Shown here in pieces: positions 22,801-37,000 of a stretch of 64,000 nucleotides of DNA. A program made the position numbers and the translations under genes. The stretch spans positions 6,980,043-7,044,042 of the forward strand of contig CM082593.2 in assembly GCA_040954595.2 (NCBI GenBank), given 5' to 3'. Numbering within the stretch: position 1 is the stretch's first letter; each line of letters starts with the position of its first letter. The notes under the pieces are model-generated. The model saw only the letters and a list, made by a program, of their open reading frames with translations. It searched no databases and had not been told where the DNA came from. Source of the stretch: Balanoglossus misakiensis. Taxonomy: Eukaryota; Animalia; Hemichordata.

Positions 22801-25800
22801 TAGACTCGTGGTGGCGTACTGCAACTCTCTCCATAATCGCTGGCCATGGGGTTTACACAATCTGATTAAAATCAGATGTAGGGAACGGCGGCGTGTTTTT
22901 TTTATACTTTACAAATATAAAAGGTTGGCCAGTTATGTCCGCGAAGTGCCAGAACTGTTCCCAGTCAACTACGACAAACACGAAAAACATATTTGCCTTC
23001 GCAGTACAACTGGAAAAAATATAGCTTCCAGAAACGTTTATAATAGTGAAGTTTGTCCATAGCTGGCAACAGTATAAATTTGTGCAAAATCGAAGCCTGG
23101 TTTTTACCTGTGTAAAACAGTGAGTAAACCTTCTAAAAAGAAAGTTGCCACGAATATACAATAAATGCATTTGTCTCTTAAATGTCGTCATCATAAAAAG
23201 AGCTGGTTATAAAGACGCCCAAATACCTGTACGAGTGAACAAACGAAAGCTTCATCCCACTAAGATGGGTGTCAGGTGTATTTTAAAGTTTAAAGCCACT
23301 GGGCATTACCAGTCATACAAACAGTTTTCTTTTGATTATGGTCGTTTGGCTCATTTTGGCACGTTTTGGGTCGTTTCAACATTTTTCATATGCAATAGAA
23401 AAATAGGGATGTGACGGACGTCATTTGCAAACTAGAACCGTTGTTGGCGCTGTACATATCATGATGGCAGTGTATCAGATGGCTTGGCACACACTTGATT
23501 TAACTGCGCAATAAAAGTGGCATATTCACCTTTAGAATATTGGAAAATTTCCAGGGCTGTTTTCAAACTGAAAACTAATATTCGTTCCTAGGCAACTGTA
23601 CCAATCGATCGCTTTTTATGATAAAGGGTCGATATTAAAACATGAATAAGTAATAAGGCACAAATTTAAAATATCGAGCAGCAGAGAGTGGAACATATCC
23701 AAGAAAAATAAAAGACGACGCTAGCATAAATATATGAATCGATATTGTCTCCACGGATACGTTTGGCGACATTAATGGATACATGTTTGCTAAGTATTGT
23801 CAGTTTCTGAATGAGAAAAAATATATATTTAAAATTAGAACTTACAACAAATTCCGAAATATCGTCATTCATCGGCAATCAACGCCGCGTCCGTTTTATT
23901 GTGTTTTAAGACAGTGCCATGGCCTAAAATAAGCAAAATAAAAACCAGCTTCTGAAGTCAGCAATGTTTACATAAACTCTGCATCGATTTCCTTGAAATA
24001 ACGTGAAGAAATCTACACTGATGGGCGCGTGGCGAGTTTCTGTGTTGGTGAAATATATCTACTTTGCAATGCATGGGCTCTTAGGTTGATTGGCTGATAC
24101 ATTTTCACGGTCACAAGCGAAAACAAAAATGTATTGCCTTTAGTCGACGGTGCAATAATACCATTTATAACTGCATGATCGATCGACGCTATTTCTCCTC
24201 GACAATTTTCTATAATTTTGATTCGACAGTTTAGCATTGGTGAAGACGTATACAACAGATTCGGTCAATCGGCCATTAAAACTCCCTAACACAAGATGTG
24301 CAGTGACGTCATCATCTTTGCTGACAAGGCAACTTTTCATCAACCTGTCACGAGTCTTTTGCATCAATGTTATTCATCCCGCCATTTATTAATTTCAAAA
24401 CATTCAAGTCCATGGCAACAATCGACTACAGTGCTGTAATTTTAGTGTTTTAAGCTTGATGTAAGAATATAGCTACAGGCTTACTTCATTTTAAAATATT
24501 CTGTGGCATACTTTGAAGACTAAAATTTAGTTCTACTTTTTGTCGGAACTATAGACGAGTGTATTAGTGATCGATGTAAATACACCATAAAACAGACATT
24601 CGGCGTCTATTTATCTATAAACTTTTAATTATCGTTTAAATGACGCATGACTCATACATTAGTTCTTTGACAAATAAAATGGCCTGTACGAGTTATTTTT
24701 TCCGTTCATGTCAATCCAATGTATTCATAATGCGGACACTCAGAAACACAGTTCATAACCTGTACATGATATAATTACATCCTGGTGCTTTGGGTAGTAT
24801 TCAACATCTAGCTGAAAAAAATATTAATAAAAAAAATGAGTTACAGTGGCGATTTGGTACATAATTCACTGTGTATGTATGGTCGTAGAACAGTCCCTCA
24901 AGAAAGACGGTGAGGGGCTGTGGTTCTGTATAGTTTTCTACCAATATACATGTAGTGGATTCATAGCAACGAAAATACCGCCTTGAATTGTACCAAGATG
25001 TAAGGTCATGTAGGGGTCATAAAATGGCCAATTCATAGTTTCAACTCTTCGAATTTTCATCCGAAACAATCAACAGGTGTTTTTTTTTATAGAATCAATC
25101 ATCTACCTGAGACAGTTGTAGCTAGTTCGAGCCCATGCAGTGCTTTTATTTGCTTATTTGTCAATACATTGTAATGGGATTTGTTTTGTTTGACGGAAAT
25201 CTTCAACGTTGTTTGTTTGTTTTGTGTCTTTAATATACATGTATATGAAGCTGTAATTGTATTTTTGATAAAGGCGTACGGATATTGTTCAATAATAGAA
25301 CAGGCCATTTTAGTTTAGTATACATGTAGTATATAGTCAGGTGTTGTCATTTACTGGGTGGACGCGACGCGCAGCGGCGTTTGATACAGCCATCTCCTAA
25401 CTTCTGGGGTGTCAACGGTTATCATTCCAAAAAATTAAGCCAAAACGAAAAAAAATGCACAAATTTGTACAAATAAAGTAATGTCAGCAAACCGGGGGTG
25501 TCGACTGGTTCATCACGACACCGTGATAAAATGACCTTTCTGGTATAGTCTGATATAAATGAAATCATTCGGGCTTAAAATGAACCCTGCAGAACAGTTA
25601 CTCGACAAATATCTGGCAAAACGTCTCAATCGAAGTGGCATATAAATTAAAACCGACTTTCCGTCAATATGGATGCCTGACATCGTATTCAGACTCGTAT
25701 TCCTGTTGTCTTGGTAACGCGTGACGTGGCTTCTTCTGGTTTGAAGCCATTTTATATCTGCAATTATGTCGCATTAGGTTCCAGTGATAACGGTTTTCCT

Positions 25801-27187
25801 GAAATTAGAGAAAATTGGTTGGCAGACTTGAATGTACTTTTTACAGTGCAAACTTACCCCTGATCCTATTCTCTTTTTAATTTTGCTCAAAGTATGGTTT
25901 TCAGTTCAACAAAACAATCATTTTACTGTTTACAACAATTGTATCACGTTTTTTCTTCTTTTCTCTCTCTATATGTCGTCTCTGTATTACCATCCCTCTC
26001 CGCCTGCCTATTTGCCTGTCTTCTCCCCTCTGTCTCTTGCGAGTATGTCTCTCCCCGTCCCATCCTGTCTGGCTATTCTCTTGCCTCTGTGTCCGCCTAT
26101 TCGACGCCGTGTCTGTCCCTCTGTCAGTGCCTGTCTGTCTGTCTGTATGTCTGTCTGCATATCGATATGTCTGTCTGCATACCTACACTACCTGTCCGTC
26201 TCAAGGCACGGGTCCCCGAACAGTCCAGAATATCACAATTGGGGCACAGCATGAGAAATTAAACCGTCCTCTTTTACCAAATTAACGCTCAGACTCAACA
26301 ATTCCTGTGCGTATTCATGGACGTGGACTGAACAGCTCCATAGCAATTTATTTTTCTAGCAATCTAAACAATTGAATTATAGTTATGAATATAATTCAAG
26401 CTTCGGTTCGAAATGTCTTGACTCAGAGCCAATTGCAGCTCCCAACTTTAATCTGAAAAACGTGAATTAAGTTAAACCTGATGAAATGGTCTTTCTTGTG
26501 TGAGTACAACATGAAGCTCGGTATATTTCTGTTTTGAGTGAAATTCTCAGAGTCGTGTCGTTCCTTTTATTGCACCGCGCACCTGTTCTTGTTTCCGTGC
26601 TTTTAGTCTGGCCGAGACCGCCGCTTACGCAAATACATTCCGTGCATTACATTTTCACTTCGTCGTTTGCTATCCCGTGTCTACTTCGGGTGGTGCATTA
26701 TTCATGTCAGTTTTGTCGTGGCGTCGATTTGAAAACGACGATTGCATTGTTATGGAGGTTTTTGATGGATGAAAAAAGTACGAGAATTCGCCAACCGGAA
26801 AGTGTTCGTGACGATAGTTGTAGGGCTAATTAGCATTCTGAACATTTAGACCTATAGACTTACTGTAAAAGTCTGTTTTGAACGTGTACCGACAAATGAA
26901 GACATATTCCACATATAAGTTATGTCTTTCTTTTTTATACTTTCCATTAGGTTATTTTAAAAGAAAAATATATGCCCACAGTTTCTGGTTTCAACCAAAT
27001 TCAACCGAACACACTCGGGCGGTTTTCCCCGCCACATCCACGATAAAAACTGACGCAATTAATACATCATTAAATTTTTTAGTCGATACTAACCGATCAT
27101 AGGTTGACCTTGCGTTTTTATTTACGCTCACGGCAAAAAGAAATATTATGCTGCATATGCATTTAATGAGCTCGTTCTGTTGTACCT

Positions 27188-27459
27188 GTTCCCTTGGCAA
27201 CTGCTTCCCCTATACTGTTGTTTCCATGGACACGGCGTCGAGGATTTCACGAGCTTTCCCGACGTTGCTAATATATATCTCCTGGTTTTAATAACAAAAA
27301 CAATATAGACGGTTAAGATAGAATGTACTCGTTGAAAGCAAGCTATCGTTTTTTTGTCAGATTTTGGTAATTTTCGGAAGTTCGCTGTGGTTTCCACCGT
27401 CCCTGCTGATTGTTTACGAATTCTCCCTACCTAATTTGCATGTCAATCACGTGACGTCA
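27188..27459 (+). promoter_or_regulatory. PKD2 proximal promoter: two RFX X-boxes, Fox site, E-box/CRE
   Basis: GTTCCCTTGGCAAC 27188-27201, GTTTCCATGGACAC 27220-27233, TGTTTAC 27411-27417, TCACGTGACGTCA 27447-27459, all within 500 bp of the ATG. Confidence 0.6.
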
Positions 27460-27671
27460 GCCGCCCTGTCGAATCGTGTGTTGTGAATGTTGCCTTTGCT
27501 CGGAAACTGGTAGAGGCGATCATCAACTGCAACGCCGAAGGAAGATAACAACAAGTGCCAGTTTGGCGCTTATGTCTCGGGGTTTTACGAGCCCGATCAT
27601 CGTAATTACACTATAGGGTTTTACGCCAACGTCGATACATTCTGTTGGGCCGTCAATAGCCCGTAAAAAAT

Positions 27672-28026
27672 ATGAGCCAGACGCGCGTCAGTCCGTCAAA
27701 TCGTCCGACCAGCGCGGGTGGATTATCGGCTCACGACGAAATGGAAATGGACCGAATTGTGCAAGAAGAAGGTAGGAGATCGGCCACTGGGAACAGACCG
27801 AGCAGTGCCCAGTCAAGGCATGCCTGGCACGACAATGATGGCATGGACATGGACGACGGTCCCTTGGACTATGGTCATGACTATAACGATGAAGACGATC
27901 ACGTACCAACAGCGATGGAAGGCGAAGTTTACGTTGACGGCCACATGAGGGTGTTGGATGCTCAAACTAAGGCAAAATTGGAAGAGCCCAAGGGCTGTTG
28001 CAGCAAAGTTGGGCGAGGTGTCAGAT
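27672..28026 (+). CDS. PKD2: PKD2 exon 1 (MSQTRVSP..)
   Basis: ATG 27672, donor T|GTAAGT, phase 1. Confidence 0.9.
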
Positions 28027-31000
28027 GTAAGTCTCAAACTATTTCTTCTCATGGGATTTCAGAACCTTATTTTACTAAAATAGAAGCTTGTATCTGAGAT
28101 TTAAACCCCGTTTGATTTCTTTCACCAGTCACGAATTTTCTAGTTCTGTACGTCTGGAGGTTTGTGACACACAAGACTATTGTTAAGAGATCAGAGAAAG
28201 AATTTGCCTGAGAATAGCGGAGAAGTAAAGTTTGCAAATCACTAATCCCCCTTGTCATGAGGTTTCACAAAAGTGTGTAGGAGCCCAGTGCCCACGAACG
28301 ATTTTTGAATTATTTCGAACCGGCGTAGAACAGTTGCGATCGCGCGTTACAGCAGTTACGTTCACCGCATATTTCAGTCACTCAAGACAAAGTTTTGTGT
28401 CGACAAGACAGTAAATCTACATGAAACAGCAACGATCGCTTTTTGAAAGAGAAACAGACTGACAACAACGCCAGTGTCTTTTAATTATCTGTCATAAAAC
28501 TAGAGTTGGATCTGCCTCGAAAAACTGGTTCGTTGAATTGAAAGTCGTTGCGATCGCAGTTATGAAAGTTACAAGTTACAGTAACCACGGTTACTAAAAA
28601 AGACCAACTACTGAATACATGTATATGTCCGCCATATGCGTACGTTTTGATTTTTATATTGAGTGCCCTGTGCAAGTTTAGAGTGTATTCTGTAATACTG
28701 ATGGGGGTAGATTTGATCTAACTCTCACCTAATTAGTGTTATTGTTTTTGTATGTAAATGAGCAGTAAATGATGTCTTACCATGGGGGTAGATTGTAGTA
28801 TTAGAGATGGTATAGGTGGGTTTACAATTTGAAATGAAAAGTGGTTCGTACACTCAACACTGGTAGTGGATTTTTATTTTGGTGAAACCCTAAAGTTGAT
28901 GCCAAAACATTTGGTGAATCCCTACTCATACTGGGAAGACAGGTTGATGCAATGTCTAGAATCAAAAAAGAAATAAACATATGTATGTAGAGGTTTTACA
29001 CTATTCACTTGATCATATCAAATATTTTCAAACTGCTAGAAAAAGACATCAATCACGCTTTGATCCTTGAGTAGTACATGCAAAAATGTTTTAATGGACT
29101 CAATATTTTCATAGCCTGGTTTCGTGAAATAGAATTTTAATGATGGTATTTTATTCTGAAATTGATGTAATGTATGTAATAAGTACTAAACAAAAACTAA
29201 TGTAAACTCCATATTCATTTCTGTATTTCAACTTGAGTAACCCTAAATAACCTAAAATATGCGTTACAGAAAAAAATTCCTCATGGATATAATATTGGAG
29301 TCTGTTTGGATTGTATTATTCAAACTGTTTGTCTAAAAAAACAAATATTAATTGCTAAAGAAATTTTATTGAAATAAGGCTGCAGTATTTTCTCGGGTCA
29401 CCATAAAGCATTTAGCTGAAAAGAAAATTAGGATAATTTGAGGGAAATTATTAGATTAATTTTCTTGATTGCTTTGAAAGGCCATTTATCAAATAAAATA
29501 GCGTTGTACTCCAATATGCTTGATTACTTTTCGAAATTAGTGGTTATTTGTGCAGATCTCATGGGAATTCTGTCCCGGTCCAATTCTGAGCTACTCAGCT
29601 TATTTTTGAGAGCGAAGGTGGTAGAAAACTAAGGCTAGGGCTAAGCGTCTGATTGTAGGAACCTTTCTCAGTGCTACACTGCAAAATTACAAAATGTGCC
29701 AAGCTCCTGCAAAACTAAAAGATTGTTGCAAAATTGGCTCGAAGAAAGATGTAAAATTCCTTTTTCTTGCACATGTGGGTAGCTTAAGTTAGTAACATTT
29801 GTCTGCTCTGCATGCAAGTTTTGAGTTAGTGGCTACCAACCAGATATTTCCAGCTGTGGTTTCTGTAATTGCGCGCAGAGTGTATGTCCTCGACTCCGCG
29901 TATTTATTCATTCGTCCTTTCATAAGAATGATAAATGCAACAAGTTCCATTTGACGTAGCCGCTACAAAAAAATATCAATTCTCGCAGTGAAAAGAAACG
30001 CAGAGTCAATTCATCTCGGCAATTGAGGAACCACTTTACTCGTTGAATTCAAAAGCGATATTGTGTGTATTGGGTATTATTGAACATTTTCTTCGCTGAG
30101 TCAGATGCATTAAGAGCCGCAAAACAACAGGTTTGCAGCAAATAAGATATTCATTTCGGCACGCTCGTTACATTTCTCAGAAAGAAAACAACTGCGTAAT
30201 AGAGGTAATCAATAAATTTGTTCGAGAAAAAACACATTCTTTCTTCTCTTTATTTTAATTTTTCAAGATGCAGAAATTAATATTACCCTGTCGATGATGT
30301 CGACAACTGAAATTGAAAATCAGCAGTAAATTTAATTCACACCTTGAATATAAAAATATTCGGTACTAGTTGGCAAATTGCATGATAATTATTTTGATCT
30401 GAACTGTTTTATTAAGTGTTATATAAAGTTATAACCTGAAATTGGGGTGAGCTTATTGAAACCACTTTTCCCGGTATATGTTATTTGGCATCAATCAAAA
30501 AACGGTGCCCAGGATTTTTGGGGGCTGAAGTGATACAATTTGAGTGGCAGTCCAAACACCTCATTCTGACGTTTTCATTTCCTACGTGTGAGTTCGTCAT
30601 GCAAGTTTCCTGTGTTTTCACCCAATTATTGATCGAAGCTGTGAATACAAAGTACCGCTGTCGATATTTTGCACCTTGTTCAGCGAAAAAAGAAAGTAGC
30701 GCAGATATCGCAACAGAACATTCCCGAAAGACTAATCAATAATGAGTCAGTCTCTTTTTTTGTCAGTCTTACTTAAATGATTAAGTGAGACAAAGACAAT
30801 TATACTGCTTCCGAAACTTTCTTTATTCTTGTGTAAGTGGTATTATCATGTTTTTTTTCGTATGAAGGGTGATTTGAATAACTAGAATTTTGAGGTGCTT
30901 TGAAAAGAACATGTGATAAACTTTTTAATGAGAAAGAATAAAGTGCTAGAACAGCAAAATTTTCTGTATTTTTTAAGTTTACAATTTTGCTATTTCATCA

Positions 31001-34000
31001 CATGTTTTCTTCCAGTCATAAAAAACGGATTTGAGGTTTTCCACTTTGAAATCTACAGTAATATTTGCAATTTATGATTTTAATAAAAAGTTGGAGGGAA
31101 AAAACTGTTGAGAAACTCTGCGTGGAATTTCAGTAAATGCAACCTATAGAAAGCTCATTACAAGACCTTCTGTTTATAGACAATATAAACAACACAAGAG
31201 TGTAGTGTACAGAATTCATCTAGGATTTCATAACCAGATGTGTGGTATCTCAGAAGATGGATTACAGTACAAATAATAAAATATTGTTTTGTTTGTTTTA
31301 ATATCTTCACTTCAGCACTATGGAGGACAAGACAAACCGAAGACACCAAGACTGATAGAGAACTTCACGTGAAGACCACCTTACGTGAACTCATCATCTA
31401 CATAATTTTTGTCGTGGTTCTTTGTATCGGTAAGTTATCGCCCCCCCCCCCCCCTTTTCACCCCTGAACTTTGACAAAACAGGACACTTTAAATTAAATA
31501 TTTACAACTAAACATTTACATTGTGCAATGTCTGGCGTGGAATTTCGACTGTATGTGACCTGTGACCTCCAGTTGCTTCAAAGTCATCAAACTTTGCAGG
31601 GAAAAAAACAACAAAACGAAATTTTGGGACGAAGTTGATTCATTCTTAGTATCCGTACCACTTCTCGCTTGACTATTTAAACACCCACAAGGAAAACACT
31701 TGTTATTGACAAAATTCAGGATCTTGCCCCGATGTGTTTTATCATTTCAGTAAAACCCCATAAAATTTAATGGTACATGACTTGAAAAGTTCAAATGGAA
31801 ATTTATGTTTTGTTAGGTCGCAGTTGCACGACTGGAACATATGTCTGGACCACATGAACTCTTTTTCTTTCAATTTTAAAACCAGGCATTTTTTTTATCG
31901 TAGGTGATTTATTTGAAATTAATTAACAATGTATTTTTGTATGAAGAAAATTAGGGGCAACAAAAATGTAGTTAAGATGTTATAGTTAATAGTTGTGATG
32001 ATGATGATGATGATGATTGATGATTGATGATGATGATGACGACGATGACGATGACGATGATGATGATAACAAGGACCAGCTCAGATTTAAAACAAGAAAA
32101 CATTCAAAATATATATGTGACAGCAATAACATATTAAGATAGATCAAAACCAGTATGGTTTAAGTTTTATGAATTTATGACTGTGTCAATTGAAAAAGTG
32201 TGTTTTATGAAGTTGTGTTGGATTTAATTCACTTGAGCATTTCTGCGGTAACTATGGAGCGAAGTAAGATGTACTTGGGAAAAATCTTGAAAAGACCTCA
32301 TACCCCAAAAACAGTTTGAGTCAAAATTTGATTGTCTTGGTTGGCCCTGATGTGGGAAAAGAGAACAGGTGTGTAAAAATAAAATTATTGGATGAAACAA
32401 ATTTCAACCTTGTCTTAAGAGTTTAGGATGTCTTCCGGGCCAGAGTCGTGGAAACAATGCGCTCATGCACCATTGGTAAATTGTAATTGAACAGGATAAT
32501 GGAAAAGACCAATTGCGAAAAAAAAGTTGCCAGGAAAACGTCGCAATTACAGGGACTCACCCATTAGCAGTTTCTGGATTTTCATTTCCTCCCGGACCGC
32601 GACAGGAAACACAGCTAGTCACGTCGATGTCTGTAATTTGGGAGCACGAAAATTAGAATCGATTCATGTTTTGCTGCGTGGAAGGAGAAAGTCACGGTCG
32701 AAATGCAACATTCAGAAGATTGTTGAGAACAAATTCGCCGGGAATAATCAAGATTTAACAGAAGTCTGTTAGGGAGTATTGTTGGGGGGAGTTTTATGCT
32801 TCTCAGAGCAGCTGGAAAGGTTTCCGTTCAGGCTTTAAGAGACGTTCCACCCGACTAAGAGAATGCTATAAAAGTGCTTCGTCATCAAATAAATTTATCA
32901 TGACTTGTCCGTGGAGAGATGAAGACGTGGAAGTTTTCTTGTTTCCTAGCAACCGCCTCACATGGTTACTTTACTCGACATCACGAGTACTCAGCTAAAT
33001 TAATATCACTTTTTAATGTCGACAGATCTGGCCGTGTTTAGTCTCGTTTCAGTGGTTTTATTGTTTGAGAGCACTGAAATGGAAGAAAGTCATTTTCCCA
33101 TGAAAACTAATTTCTCTTTTATCATGCCAAAGGTACACAAAGGCAGTCTGTTGCCTGAAAATTAGTTCTATTAAGTATTTACGTATCCTCAAACATGTTA
33201 GATTGTTGATGTAGGGCGTTGTGTGTTATTGTAAAACAGGAAATTTTCGCAAACGATAAATTTTGTCGAACTACACAGGAGCCAAAAAATGCGAGAATAA
33301 ATATCATGAAAGAACAATGTGTACGATAGAATATTATTTGGAGATTAAGAGAATGCGAAAATTAATTGCAGAAATTTGTCGGTATTGCGAAAATTTCCTG
33401 TCGCAAAAATTTCCCGTTTTACAGTATGATATAATGTACTGTTAATTGACTTCATCTTTGTTACCGTAGAAACAGTTGCAGGTATTGTTTGTCAAGGAAG
33501 AAATAATTGTGAGAAACTCAATGTTGTCATTACAATTACATCAAAAATGTTTCGATCCATCTGTGACGTCTCCAAAGAAATTCATACAAAGTGACATTCA
33601 TATTGTAAAGATTTTATCGTAAAGATTTCACTTTGGGGAATTTTCTCACGGGCTGGGAAAATGCCAGCAAGCAAGTGCAAATGTTTCAACATCACTCTGC
33701 GTTCTGAGTGGCTTTTGTTCAGGTTGAATTAAGTTCACCATGGCGACGCGCCGTGACGACAGAGCGGAGAGTGGTGCTACAATGTATGTATACGTTTCTC
33801 CCGATCATCAATACTGCCTCAACTGTTGAGCTAATCAACAGGTGATGAGGCGAATTGTGTCAAGTAAACCGCGCGCCGAGAGGTGCGTGCTTCTGTTCGC
33901 CTTTGTGCGGTGTACACGCCAAAGAATTAGTACTCAACTCCTTGTTTGTGAAAATTGGACGAGAAATTGATTTTTTTTCCCCATTTGAGTCTGCGAGCAA

Positions 34001-37000
34001 TACAACTAAAGCTGTTCTGAATAATTTATGCCACTTTGTGTAATTGTAAGACTAAAAAAAACTTGGAAAGGATACTGTATTGATTTTTGCATCGTTTTCT
34101 TCATCAGCGTTGCGTTGGGAGAATTACGAGCTAATCAGGGTGTGTTTGTTGGGAGCGAAGAAACAGTGGCTGTTTGGAGTGCGTTGGAAAGATATTTGCG
34201 CACATTTCAGCATAGTTTGCACATTGCCCTGAGTCAGTAGATTCATGAACCTTTGGTCTTCGAGAAGAAAACCTATATTTAGGAATGTGAAAATTGCTCA
34301 GAAAATTGCATTAGTCAAGGAAAAGCAGCTTTTCTACCGAACAAAGTGATTAAATATGTCTGGTTTGTATGTCCCGAGACTGAAAAGGGGATTGGAATAT
34401 CCTCTCTCACGTCACCAATAAAAAAGAGAGGGATTTTGTAATTTGATGTCTCAAGATATGAATGTTTAAAATTACACGTACGCACATTTACCTAAGGGGA
34501 ATAAGGGGGTACTATTTCTGATAGGCGATAATTGAGTGAGACTTCCATTTCTAAAGAGAAAATTTATGAATGAGAGTTTTGTGTTTGTTAAGAAATTTGT
34601 ATTTTGTACAAGATTAATTAAAAACAACATCCCCCACCTGACACAAACACAAATTTAATTAGTATACGATCGGAATAATATTACGGTTTCTTGTAAATTC
34701 CCTTAAATAATGTGTCATGCATACTTTTTTTTTTTACAACTTGTACAAGAGATGAGTGCTTTTCCAGCAGAAAAAAAGAAAAGTGATTGTAATAAAATTA
34801 TGCCCATCAAAAAAACCTGATCTCCATTAAATGAATTTTAGTATTCTGAGAGACCTATCAATCAAAATGCCAACATCAATGTCCACTATGGGGGAAAAAA
34901 TGTGATTTTTATTGTGGTACATCAGAGTGATGGATTGTTTCAGTTTTCTGCAGATACATGTTTGAGCTTTAGTATACCATAAAAATGGTGTTTGCCGCTT
35001 CGTAATACATTGAAAAACTGCACATGCATTATTTCAATACTTGTCATAGAAAATTCATTTTGATGCTGTGTGGTTTTACTCCAGCAGCAAATGAATTGCC
35101 GACTCAAGCCCTTTCACCCCCGGTTCCCAATTGAGAGGTCCAAGTTTACCATAGAGAAACATAGATTTGGACCCGACCACGTTGGTGGAAAGGGTTAAAC
35201 TTTGCCATCAGTGATTGATGGAAAAGTATCAATCCGGATTTGAGGGATTTCAGTGTTTTTTGATCAGTTTGACAGCATCTTTCAAGAGGCTGTCGACAGC
35301 TGTGCGGATCGCGGACACAAGCCTCTGTTTATTTGTGACAGTCAGGAGACGCTAGATTAGCACACTTACCGTTCTCAATCCATCGTGTATGAGTCGTGCA
35401 ATTATGCCGTACGTCCATGTATCGTATTAGTCACCGTGAAAGATCGTCACAGATGTTCGCCCCGAGATGATATGAACCAGATTACCACGGCAGATCCCTG
35501 TGACCTGAAATCATGCAGGTCAAATTGAATAGACGTGATATGGTAAACCACTCCATCACACAGAAATTTTTCAAAGCAAAATGCATGAAACCTGGAAATC
35601 AAATTGCATTAAAAACCGAACTATAAGCAAAAAAATAACAACAAACAAATGAAATATACCAATGTGTATATTCTAATCTTTACATGTTTTTGGGGCCAGA
35701 ACAGCTATCATGTGACTTTTGAACACTACAGTTTATTGTAGCATGCAACATCTCATTTTGGGAGTAGGATATTTAGAGATTATTTTGTCTTTCTTTGTTT
35801 TGTCCACAGTGACTTTCGGTATGACCAGCTCCACCATGTACTACTACACGAAGGTGATGTCCGAGCTTTTCCTGGATTCTCAGTTTCCGGACACCAAGAA
35901 CACCTACCGCGGAATGACCAACATGATGGACTGGTGGAGGGTAAGTTTTCTCGCCGGGAAGAGGAGGGTGGGGGGGGGGGGGGGCCCAGATTTGCACCTA
36001 TTGCTCAGTGTATGCATGTGCCCACCCCTCCATTCAAATTCTGGTTGACACCTTTTGATGCAATTTATAGTATTGCTGGTATCATTTCATGGCCTGTGTT
36101 CCCGCGAAAACTTATTTGCACACTATATGCTATGTCCTGCCTTGAAATATCATGTTTTGCACAATTTTATTTCTAGTCATAGCAAACAATAATTAGATTT
36201 CGATAAAATCTAAACTCAAGACCAGAGCTTATAACACTGTTTGACTTACAAGTTTACAGTCGAGGTGCACTAAACGAATGTGTTGGCGTAAGATTACATT
36301 TTTACAAGCGTTTGAGTTGAATCTCAAAAAGAAACGTTGATTTCACATGTGCCTTCGAAACGAACACCAAAACACACCGCATCAAACATAACCAAAGTAA
36401 TACCTGTCACAGTGATGTAAAGTTTGCATGCAAATTTCAATCAGATGCCATATATGAAAATGCTATGCAAAGTTCATATTTTCAGTTGAATGAACTGTGT
36501 CTAATTTCCTTAAAAGTTCTGCTTTTCTGAATTAAAACGTGATGTGATAAATAACCCTTTTGCATTTATCAAACATTAATTAAATAATTAGGTTTGTAAT
36601 TTCGCTATCCGCGAGAAAAGTCCCCACTTCAAACTCGGCTGTTTAGCCAACAATCTAATCCGTCTCTGTATTAAAATTGATTGCGTGCTGTTTTTTTCAT
36701 CTCATTTTGAGCATAATTCGCTTTATTGCGGGAGACTGGTGTATTATTACCGCAAATGGATTTCAGAATGTTGTTTTTACGACGATCAATGTCTGCGGTC
36801 GACAAAAGATCTGGAATAAAAAAACGGTCGCTTGTTGTTTTCCTTTTTTAATTTCAGTGAAAACATTGCTTTGTGGGTAGCGGGTAATAACGCAACAGTC
36901 TACATGTAGCACTGTATTTGTTCAGCGCGTAGTTTGACGCAATTAATTGTAATTTGAACCTGTGGAATTATCGTCTCGTAAGTCAGTGTGTGGTAATGGC

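Noticed and set aside
25832-26285. 140/122/82-aa ORFs between the two genes
   Set aside because: Low-complexity (TCTG)n-like pyrimidine-rich sequence, not protein-like.
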